Shown here: in pieces, positions 24,701 through 32,152 of the stretch
Layout of the letters: every line of letters starts with the position of its first letter
How positions within the stretch are numbered: the stretch's first letter is position 1
Source: a virus
Taxonomy: Duplodnaviria > Caudoviricetes
Reading direction: 5' to 3' (one strand)
IMG/VR virus record: IMGVR_UViG_3300009873_000011
Coordinates: 6,831-70,830 of that record
Length of the DNA stretch: 64,000 bases
Program-made: the position numbers and the translations under genes
The notes under the pieces: model-generated
What the model saw: the letters and a program-made list of their open reading frames with translations, nothing else
The model's database searches: none
Told to the model about the DNA's origin: nothing

Positions 24701-27700
24701 GATGTCCACGCCGAGTCTTTCCTTGATCCCCCGTACCACTGCTTCCTTGGACTTGATGCCCTCGGTTACAGCATTCCCTGCCTCATCCCTCCAGATGATG
24801 TTCCTCTTGAAGGCTTCCTTCCTTGGGATGGCGGCTCCCTTTTGGACGTTAAAGGGCGAGAGCTTCCCCTCAGGGAGCTTCTTCGCAGCGTCCTTGATGA
24901 GTGGGGCCTTAGAGCCCTTTTCAGCCAGCTGACGGAGAAGGACATCTCTCCCTTCCTTAGGAGATGCACCTTCAGGAAGTCTACCAGTTCTGGTCTTCTC
25001 CCCAACCCCCCGCTGCAGTAGCTCCGACTCGAAGATCCTTAGCTGGGTTTCAAAGCGGCTAACCCTCTCCGAAGGTAGCAGCGGCCGGTTCCCCTTGGTC
25101 GCCTTGGCGAGCGCCAGCTTCACCCTGCTCTTCATTTCCGGAGTGAATCCCACCACGTCGATGAGTTCTGGCACCACCTGCGTTCCCCGGTTCATGTGAT
25201 CCCGGAGTCGGGCGATGGCATCCCGGTCAGCCCTTACACTGGAAGCGACCGACTTCAGGGGCTCTGCCCCAAAGAGCTTCCGCCTCAGCGGCTCCATCAC
25301 CTGCTCGATGCTGAACCCCTTCTTCGCCTTGAAGTGGTAGGTGGTAGGCGGAACCTTCTTCGCCCCCGCTGCCTGCTCCTTGGTGGTGTGGAAGGTAGCT
25401 GGGCTACCGCTCTGCGGACGCTCGTTCGGGAAGTCGTACCTAGGACCGACGGTCTTCTTGTATGTCCTCTGCGCCTCCATCTTCTTGATCTTCGCGCGCT
25501 GCTCTGCGGTGTGGACAGGAAGAACTTCACTAGGTCCTTCCGGCCCAGGCTTAGGTGTGAGTTTCTTTTCCCCCCGGCTAGGTAGCTGTCCAGTTTCTCC
25601 AACCTTAGCCCGTCTCTGCAGAAGCTCTTCCCTGAGTTGCGCCAGCAGCTCCGGATCTCTCCGCGCCATCTGGATGGTCTCAGGAGTGAACTCCGCCATC
25701 TCTCCGCTAGGGAGCTTTCCGGAGAACTTAGCTGGCTTGCTCTTCAGGCTCTCCTTGAAGCCAGCTAGCCTCTCCTTAAAGCTCTTCGGCTGGGCAGCGG
25801 CCTCCTCCCTGAGCATCCTGAACTGGGATGCCTTAGGGGCTACCTTCCCTGCCAGGATAGCTTCCAGCCTCTTCCCGACGTTCCTTACCCTCTTCGGCTT
25901 AGGGCCCAGGTTCTTGCCGAACTTTTGCTCCTTATCCCTGAAGAGGCCTGCTCCCATCTGAAGGTCATCCGGCTTCTTCCCCGCTGCAGCTTCCGCCTTT
26001 AGGCGTTCCCTTTCCGCCCTTCTCGCAGCGAACTCTTCACTCTTGGTGCGTCTCTCCCCTTGAGTGAGCCGGTCTAGCCCTGGCTTCCTTCCCTTAGGTC
26101 CGAGTCGCCCGAAGAAGCCCTTTAGCCGTTCAAGGGCTGCACCGAGTGTCCCTAGACGTTCCGTCACCTCCGGAAGGGTATCCCCCTTACCCTTAGGCAG
26201 CTCAGCGACTTTGTTTCCCGCGGCTAGCACATCCCGCCGGGCTTGCATGGCTTCGCCACGAGCCTTGACCGCTGCCCCCTCAGGGGTTAGGTCTGCTCCC
26301 TTAGGGATAGCCCTTAGACTGCCCGGAGTGATGGTAGTACCCCCCATCCGAGGGTTTACCCCTAGGTCTCTTGGCGCAGCCCCGAAGGCCCTAGGAAGCT
26401 TCCCTCCCTTACCACGTTCCCCAGCGAGATAGCGAAGCTTGGTGAGGAGTTCCTTCCCTCCCTTGCTCTCCACCCCCAGCTTCCTGATAGCCTTGTCGAT
26501 GTTGTTGTAGACCGGCCAGAGGTCACCCCGCTCCACGCCGAGGGACTTCAGATGCCCCGCACTCTGGATCCTTCCCTCCACCACCGCACGATGTAGCTCG
26601 TTTAAAACATCAACTGCGTTAGGTAGGCCAACTCCCTTTAGCCGGGCTCTTTCTTCTCTTGGTGCCCGGAGCAGGTCAATCAGCTTCTTGGTAGCTGGGA
26701 GTTCGGCTATGTCTGTCACTGCCGCCCCAGGAAGGGGCAGCTGCCTGCCGGTTAGCGCCCGGAGCTTAGGCCGCTTATCAAAGAGGTCATCCCCCATCTT
26801 GAGGGAGGTGCGATCCTGGAAGAGGTCGAGAGGCAGCTCGGGCCGCGCCGCTTCCATCTTATGCGCCGGCACCACCGGGAGTTGCTCTTTGGGGGTTCCC
26901 ATCACCTCATGGAAGAGCTGGAGGTCCCTAGGAGGTTGAGAGACAGGATCCGCACCGAACACCCTCGCTGGGAGAAAGGAGTCCTTCAGGGCTCCGGTCC
27001 TCTCCACTACCGTAGCAGCGTCACCCAGGTAAGGATGATTCTTCGCTGCTTCCCTGATCCCGTGCTCCCTGAATTGCTGGGTGAAGGCCATCAAGCGGTC
27101 GTCGTCTATCCCCCCGGATGCATGCCCGCCGGGACCTAAGTCCTTGCCAACTCTTTGCGCGCCGATTCCAAACTCCGTAGGATGCTGTACCTCATGGGAG
27201 ATCACACTAAGGAGGTTATCAGTTACCCCCCGTGCATCGGTAGCCCCCGAGAGGACATGCTGCACGCCAAGCTCCCCGAGGACTATGGTGTCAGGGATCT
27301 TTTGATCCACCTTGGCGAGCCCCCTAAAGGTGGGATCAACCACCACCTGGGAAACTGGTAGAAGAGGAGCCTCTCCAGGGAACTGTCCCTGGAAGCCCTT
27401 AGCCGCACTTTCGTTAACCGCCCGGAGAACCTGGTTCCCCAGGAATTCCACGGCCTTCTGCGCTTGAGGGGTTACCTGCACATTCGGCGGAGTGGTCTCC
27501 GCACTTTGGAAGAAAGGTTCCGCCCCTGGGCGAGGCTTCATAGCAGCCGCTGTGTCCGCAGCTAGCTTGGGAGACTTCGGCCCTGCCCCTAGACCCGCTG
27601 CGAAGGCTCCACCCATGCCCACCCTGACAGCTCCCATAGCCGCGGCCATCGGGTCCTTCTCTTGAGCTGCCCTGTAGATATCCCCAGCACCAAGGGCTAC

Positions 27701-28189
27701 GTCTGCTGCGCCTAGGGTTCGTCCAACCACTCCAGCTGGAGCGGTCACAGCCCCGGCTACGTTTAGCGGTGTGACTAGCTCCTTTGCCCCTGCTGCTCCA
27801 CCTTCAAGTCCTGCCTGAGTAGCCTTCTCCGGTTCTGTCCTCTTAGCCCGGGCAACCATCACACCAGGAGCTGCACCTAGCGCGAAACTCCCAGGCGGCA
27901 TGGCTCCAATGGCGGCAAACGGCGCGCCTATCACCTTACCAGCTAACCCAGCAGCTTGGGGGATCCCGCTTCTTCTAGCTGCGGTTCCTAGCCAGTCCCC
28001 ACGCTGCTCCAGTGCCCCAGCGCTGTAGGCTTGGTCTAGTTGGGAAAGAGCCGAGAGCTTCTGTAGGGCTCTCTCCCAAAGGGCTGGCTCAGGTGCTTCT
28101 GGTGTAGGTGGAGTAGTCCTCTGCTGAAGAACGGGGTCTTCCGTTTCAGGGGAATACTCTGGATTGAAAACATCTCTCCAGGTTGGCAT
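21740..28189 (-). CDS. giant internal virion / DNA-ejection protein (2149 aa)
   Basis: Size and position after tail genes; C-terminal STDFGKIKVGD..YDGGGG block; HEVQH. Confidence 0.7.
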   Translation of the reverse strand: MPTWRDVFNPEYSPETEDPVLQQRTTPPTPEAPEPALWERALQKLSALSQLDQAYSAGALEQRGDWLGTAARRSGIPQAAGLAGKVIGAPFAAIGAMPPGSFALGAAPGVMVARAKRTEPEKATQAGLEGGAAGAKELVTPLNVAGAVTAPAGVVGRTLGAADVALGAGDIYRAAQEKDPMAAAMGAVRVGMGGAFAAGLGAGPKSPKLAADTAAAMKPRPGAEPFFQSAETTPPNVQVTPQAQKAVEFLGNQVLRAVNESAAKGFQGQFPGEAPLLPVSQVVVDPTFRGLAKVDQKIPDTIVLGELGVQHVLSGATDARGVTDNLLSVISHEVQHPTEFGIGAQRVGKDLGPGGHASGGIDDDRLMAFTQQFREHGIREAAKNHPYLGDAATVVERTGALKDSFLPARVFGADPVSQPPRDLQLFHEVMGTPKEQLPVVPAHKMEAARPELPLDLFQDRTSLKMGDDLFDKRPKLRALTGRQLPLPGAAVTDIAELPATKKLIDLLRAPREERARLKGVGLPNAVDVLNELHRAVVEGRIQSAGHLKSLGVERGDLWPVYNNIDKAIRKLGVESKGGKELLTKLRYLAGERGKGGKLPRAFGAAPRDLGVNPRMGGTTITPGSLRAIPKGADLTPEGAAVKARGEAMQARRDVLAAGNKVAELPKGKGDTLPEVTERLGTLGAALERLKGFFGRLGPKGRKPGLDRLTQGERRTKSEEFAARRAERERLKAEAAAGKKPDDLQMGAGLFRDKEQKFGKNLGPKPKRVRNVGKRLEAILAGKVAPKASQFRMLREEAAAQPKSFKERLAGFKESLKSKPAKFSGKLPSGEMAEFTPETIQMARRDPELLAQLREELLQRRAKVGETGQLPSRGEKKLTPKPGPEGPSEVLPVHTAEQRAKIKKMEAQRTYKKTVGPRYDFPNERPQSGSPATFHTTKEQAAGAKKVPPTTYHFKAKKGFSIEQVMEPLRRKLFGAEPLKSVASSVRADRDAIARLRDHMNRGTQVVPELIDVVGFTPEMKSRVKLALAKATKGNRPLLPSERVSRFETQLRIFESELLQRGVGEKTRTGRLPEGASPKEGRDVLLRQLAEKGSKAPLIKDAAKKLPEGKLSPFNVQKGAAIPRKEAFKRNIIWRDEAGNAVTEGIKSKEAVVRGIKERLGVDILPEDVVPAAVTRGEGRATSPIKAYSERATLKDLLEKAKKAGDTELVNKIEAAPEYLEVAGKQPAEMEFGALPAETVKGKARFEKIPDTLNPFSSPVAPKGGRAGKKNLLKQEEGFAKGKGGVKTDQAFDIAEHYGEKYTGPRAGVVSERMVAKPRKLREVKAPVTPESIKAKAAYVRDQVKLGMEELEIFIHKLGAGGRLRNVAEAKETAKQKYDYRNLLEDYLDGRPIDLDDEYMLNRGELKSFEQKLKRKYENEWEQLQVEAGEEWLAFRSAERLKERYEGRQKATDISLPTETKDWLKKQTTPRLFSEQQAWVKRQVAAGNLKPTEAEDALEFLRRREQAFERHVSRPVSPTQRMEYLKRGKAKVDLDDLLERQALKDEASATADTGPNPWDLQMGRDLFLEEQVMPLAKKVGKIRESGMQTTRDKIFDNLGEAANFTRPLVTAVDVSNPFRQTYQLTTDQITQDLLWAATLGRYGKQSDTSFGRNIWDMLKSFGSEKKAAELMGALKDDSWFRLADEMGVNFIHKGKVHESWIGHELVDKAFKKFEDKATSLLGKVGAPAKLPRALINASKNSFEYYQNKAMRDAFKHGFDTFVALNKLNPKAYKVRPEDLASLAEYVNNAASRGAVTRNAKWDKRLNYVFYSAQMNASRVRMMGDALFHVTQGVHGRGSSTMSRYARRQMMRAITGAVAANGLIYSIAAATGEKPEVEDSLISTDFGKIKVGDITYDGGGGWYQFVRASAQVLTGKEKERGTGIERPKNVGDTVVNFFRSKLGPGASAVANVLTERTVEGAPVDFKRNPTGAATTLISQLVTPMSVEDMNDIVQENPRVSWLIPLMLLGNSVGENTGRGVRAWRTTEPLKMAERTNRAELKARGVYQPTLSTRVTIPGRDTAGRPNYYTLSPAEREEFEKEYMPLVTQLLNEFITSEAYQRVADHKKRAVLYKKVHQLNTLYGANRRLRQKYAEKAKRGEVKPSNLEPEKD

Positions 28190-28202
28190 TAAGGGACTTT
28201 CC

Positions 28203-29384
28203 TTACTCTATAGTGATCTGACTTAGAAGATACTGAAGCGCTTGGGCTCGTTCCTCCGGGCTAAGGGCAGCGTAGACTGAACGGTTGAAGGGGATCCCCA
28301 GCTTCTCTGCGGCACCTACTAGAGCACCTTCGTGCTCTAGTAGCCCCATCTCACCAACCGGCTCTTGGGTGGTAGGGTCCTTAGCGCCCATAGCAGTCTT
28401 ACTGATTCCGAGAAGACGACTGATCAGTCTTCCCTTTTCGGCGGCTTCGGCAGCGTCAACCCTAGCCCCCGCCTGGATTCCAGCGACTTCCTTCCTTCCT
28501 CGGATGGTCTCCTCAAGCTGCCGGAGTCGGAACTTTCGTTCTTCCTTTCTCTCTTGGTCCGCCTGGGCTTCCTTTAGGAAGCCTTGCTCAGTCTGTGCCC
28601 AGAAGCTAGCGGGTGCCTTGAAGACATTCCCCATCAGGTTGCCCTCCACCATTGGCTCGGCCAACCCTGCCTTCTCCCGCTCCTTCTGCAGCATTCCCTC
28701 TCCTGCCACCTGGGTCTTAGCCCTGCTCCGGGCGCTGAGCGTGTCTAGCTCCGGCTTGAACCTGGCCAGCTCGGTGAGGAAAAGGCTCACATTCTTCTCG
28801 TTGTCAACCTTCCCATCCATCATATCCTTGTCGAGGGAGGCCTTGGCTTGGGCTAGGGAGCTAAACTGGGGGTCTTGTAGAACCTCAGCAGGGAGTTGCT
28901 GGGATGCGCTGAAAGCGGTATCCCACATCTGGTGCCTTCTTTGCAGCTGCGCCATCTGCTCGGACTGTAGCCGCTGCCTAGCCCCCCCTGCCACATCATA
29001 TCCCTGTCGGGAGTTGGTGAAAGCGTTCGCCAATCCCTCTGCCCCCACTGCGATTCGATCGAAGATTCCACCCCAGTTGCGCTTAGGCCCTTGCTCGAAA
29101 GCTCCGCCAACTCCAGCCGCTGCGAAGTCCTCCGGCCGCTTCCTCATCTGGACCAGAGAAGAAAGCCCCGGGCTAGTGCGTGCGGCAGGGAGATCTGAAG
29201 GCAACTGTTGCACAAGAGGGACATCCAACTCGGGTTGGGCCGGAGAAGCAAAAGCTGCTCCACTAAGCTCAGGAGATTCGTTAAATGCCTGGATAGCTCT
29301 CTTTGCTTCAGCATCACCCGCCTCTGCTTTCTGAAAGAGCTTCTTCAGCCCCAGGGTGTCGATCAGGTTAGTTAGAGGCATCAT
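28203..29384 (-). CDS. putative internal virion protein
   Basis: Helical, A/E/Q-rich; ejectosome position. Confidence 0.55.
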   Translation of the reverse strand: MMPLTNLIDTLGLKKLFQKAEAGDAEAKRAIQAFNESPELSGAAFASPAQPELDVPLVQQLPSDLPAARTSPGLSSLVQMRKRPEDFAAAGVGGAFEQGPKRNWGGIFDRIAVGAEGLANAFTNSRQGYDVAGGARQRLQSEQMAQLQRRHQMWDTAFSASQQLPAEVLQDPQFSSLAQAKASLDKDMMDGKVDNEKNVSLFLTELARFKPELDTLSARSRAKTQVAGEGMLQKEREKAGLAEPMVEGNLMGNVFKAPASFWAQTEQGFLKEAQADQERKEERKFRLRQLEETIRGRKEVAGIQAGARVDAAEAAEKGRLISRLLGISKTAMGAKDPTTQEPVGEMGLLEHEGALVGAAEKLGIPFNRSVYAALSPEERAQALQYLLSQITIE

Positions 29385-30762
29385 CCAGCTCCTTCACTGC
29401 GTTGATGGTGAGTGCGAGGAGGCCGTAGGAGTCCACCCGCTTGAGCCCATCAGCTCCCTCTTCTACAAGCTCTGGTGCTACCCTTTCCACATCCTGCGCC
29501 ATGACTCCCACCCTCCGCCTCTCCGGCTCGAAGGTGTAGTTGTAGGAGTAAACCGGGATAGCCTTGAGGCGGGAGAGAGCAGGAAGTTCTTCGATGTTTT
29601 CCTTCACCCTGATGTCCGAGAGGATCCCGGCCACAGCCCCCACTCCTCCCAGGATCTTGTCGAAGGTACTCTTCTTGTTCGCGTTGATCTGGCTTTGGTT
29701 GAGTCTGGCTTGCAGGTCCCGATCTAGTTGAGCTTGCTGCCCTTGCCAGACTCGGCCTGCCCCGGTCTGATCCAGGAACTGCTGCTGAGCAAGACCTTGC
29801 CCAGCCCAACCGAGACCCAGCTGACCCCTGCCAAGCTCACCTTGTAGGCTGAGCCCTCCCCAACCAAGGGCGTTCTGCATGTTCGCTTGCCGCGCCTGCT
29901 CTGCAAGGCTTCGGCCAAACTGACTCTCCTGGAGGCCCATCTGGTTGTAACCCATTTCTGGGTTGACGAGGCCCGTTAGCTCACCCCTAGCCTGCCCGGT
30001 AGCAGCCTGGCGCATCGCGCCGAGCTGGGTGATCTTCTGCTCTTCTAGTCTTGCAGCTGCTGCGTCCCTGGCTGGTCCAGGTGGCATTGCCATTACCTGC
30101 TGGCGTGCTTGGTCCATCTGCTGCTGGTACTGCCCTGCGCCTCCCCAGCCCATGTAGTTCTTGAGCGCCTGCTCCGGGTCCTGGGCGGCCTGAAGGCCGG
30201 TGCTACCTAGGTACTGGTAGATGGGGTTGTCCCAGGCGGTTCCACCACCATAACCTCCACCGCCACCCGCTCCACCTCCCCCACCCTGTCCTCCTCCCCC
30301 GCCTCCGCCATTCATGGGGATACAAGGATCTGTCTCATCCGGACCTGAGGGTACCATCCCATTCGGGCACTCGGTGGGCTTTTCAAACAGCCCCTCAGCT
30401 CCTCTAGAGCTTCTAAACTTCCCCGAGGCCTGATCGTAGTACTGGTTCCACCTCTTGATGTCGTCTTCCTTGAAGCGCTCGAAGTCCTCTGAGAAGCCTA
30501 GTTGCTTAGCCCTGTCCTTGGTTTGCTGTAGGTTAGGGCCGCCGGATGCCGGAGCAGGGGCCTGGGGCACACCTGCCCAAGGATTCGCACCCCTCCCAGT
30601 AGTTCCCCCGGAGTAATTAGCCGGAGCGGCGGGAGCAGCCGGAGCCTGACTCTTCTGCCATCCACCCATCTCCCTGTTGTAGGCAGCCTCGTCCCCACCG
30701 CTTTCCTGCATCCAGCGCTGCTTTCCACCTGCGCCCTGGTACCCGGACATATCAGATGCCAT
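29368..30762 (-). CDS. Gly/Gln-rich virion protein with C-terminal peptidase S74 chaperone domain
   Basis: SDIRVKENI...YSYNY...GVMAQDVE..APELV...AVKEL. Confidence 0.75.
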   Translation of the reverse strand: MASDMSGYQGAGGKQRWMQESGGDEAAYNREMGGWQKSQAPAAPAAPANYSGGTTGRGANPWAGVPQAPAPASGGPNLQQTKDRAKQLGFSEDFERFKEDDIKRWNQYYDQASGKFRSSRGAEGLFEKPTECPNGMVPSGPDETDPCIPMNGGGGGGGQGGGGGAGGGGGYGGGTAWDNPIYQYLGSTGLQAAQDPEQALKNYMGWGGAGQYQQQMDQARQQVMAMPPGPARDAAAARLEEQKITQLGAMRQAATGQARGELTGLVNPEMGYNQMGLQESQFGRSLAEQARQANMQNALGWGGLSLQGELGRGQLGLGWAGQGLAQQQFLDQTGAGRVWQGQQAQLDRDLQARLNQSQINANKKSTFDKILGGVGAVAGILSDIRVKENIEELPALSRLKAIPVYSYNYTFEPERRRVGVMAQDVERVAPELVEEGADGLKRVDSYGLLALTINAVKELDDASN

Positions 30763-30765
30763 GTC

Positions 30766-30984
30766 TTACTCCTTCTCCACGGGGCCACAGCACCCGGCTT
30801 CACGACCCTTGATCATTTCCTTCACCGCCTCCAGACCCCTAGAGAAGTACTTCCCCCGGCACTCTTTACAAAACCAGTGATCGCACCTGGGGCAGTACCT
30901 CACATCCGAGAACCCCTTACACAAGTGGCAGATATAGATTCTACCACTAATTTTTGTAGGAGTCCAGATAGGCTCTAGCTGCAT
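30766..30984 (-). CDS. Cys-rich Zn-finger protein
   Basis: CHLC, CPRC, FCKEC, CCGP. Confidence 0.55.
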   Translation of the reverse strand: MQLEPIWTPTKISGRIYICHLCKGFSDVRYCPRCDHWFCKECRGKYFSRGLEAVKEMIKGREAGCCGPVEKE

Positions 30985-31339
30985 CTAACCGATCTCCATA
31001 AGTTTCTAAAACGGCAACAACCTTACAATTGCAGGTATTACAGAGTAAGCCACGAACACGACCAGTAAAGTGATCATGGTCTACATCTAAAGGGCGACGA
31101 TTTGGCGTTGCTCGACATATGGCGCAACCACCATTTTGTCGTGCCAAGAGGGCTTCGTAGTGTTCATTGGTTAAACCGTATTGGCGCTTTAGGTAAGTAT
31201 TTCTCGCGCTTTTCTTGTGCTTACTCTTATCCTTTGTTCGCTGGTACCGTACACGTCGATAGCAATTACTGCACAAACCACGACTACTTGTCGTAGTCTT
31301 TGGGTGAGAGCACTCACCCCAGGGTTCTTTCCAAGCCAT
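30947..31339 (-). CDS. endonuclease VII-family nuclease
   Basis: QNGGCAIC, DVDHDHFTGRVRGLLCNTCN. Confidence 0.88.
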   Translation of the reverse strand: MAWKEPWGECSHPKTTTSSRGLCSNCYRRVRYQRTKDKSKHKKSARNTYLKRQYGLTNEHYEALLARQNGGCAICRATPNRRPLDVDHDHFTGRVRGLLCNTCNCKVVAVLETYGDRLDAARAYLDSYKN

Positions 31340-31723
31340 TTACGTTATTGTTGTGTCCAGGGTGGGGCTGAATGGGACCCCGACTGTAAGACCCGAGTTA
31401 ACATAGACATAAACCTTCCCGTCTCCGGTAAACTCAAGAATGGTTGCACTCGCTGAGTCAGCCACCCACTGGCCGGAAGCATCCACATGTGCCCCCCTGG
31501 CTAGGGCGCTCTTCTCCAGGTCATCCCCATAACGGGAGATGTAGAAACCCCCAGCGGAGAAGTTCTGCCCCTTCCCGGAAGAGATGTTTAGGGGTTCGAT
31601 GCGGTTAGTGCTCTCCGTCTTCCCCTCTAGGCGGTCGAGCCTTTCGGAGAACTTCTGGAAAGCCAGATTCACCGCCGCTTTGGTGAACTCTCCCTCTACC
31701 TGAACCCTGCTCCCGGCTCCCAT
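31340..31723 (-). CDS. hypothetical virion protein
   Basis: GGAGG RBS; follows tail genes. Confidence 0.55.
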   Translation of the reverse strand: MGAGSRVQVEGEFTKAAVNLAFQKFSERLDRLEGKTESTNRIEPLNISSGKGQNFSAGGFYISRYGDDLEKSALARGAHVDASGQWVADSASATILEFTGDGKVYVYVNSGLTVGVPFSPTLDTTIT

Positions 31724-32151
31724 TAGGTGCCTCCGCCCTTACGCCAAGCCAACCGATCTTGCATGACCCAAGTCTTGAGCCGATGATGATTAGAACAACG
31801 TACTACACACTTTGAGGCTTCAGCACGGATGGCGGCTAAGGAACCACGCTCGCACACATTGTGCGTCTTATCACCGGAGGCATGATCAAACTCCAAGAAT
31901 AGGGGATAGTCTTCACTACAATCTACGCATTTGCCACCTAGTTCTTGTAGCACTAATAGGCGTCTAGCAGTTCGTCGCCACCGAGCAACTTGATTACGGA
32001 AGGCAGTGTCCATCTTGTGCCTAGCTCTCCAACGTTCCTTTTGTCTGCGTACCTTATCGGGATTTGCTTCGTTCCACCTACGTCGGTCAGCCTGATTCTT
32101 TTCCCAGTGTTTCAGGTAGCTTCGTCGGCGTATCTCCTGACGAGTCAACAT
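31723..32151 (-). CDS. HNH endonuclease
   Basis: GGKCVDC, LEFDHASG, KCVVRCSNHH; start 1 nt after upstream stop. Confidence 0.8.
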   Translation of the reverse strand: MLTRQEIRRRSYLKHWEKNQADRRRWNEANPDKVRRQKERWRARHKMDTAFRNQVARWRRTARRLLVLQELGGKCVDCSEDYPLFLEFDHASGDKTHNVCERGSLAAIRAEASKCVVRCSNHHRLKTWVMQDRLAWRKGGGT

Positions 32152-32152
32152 T

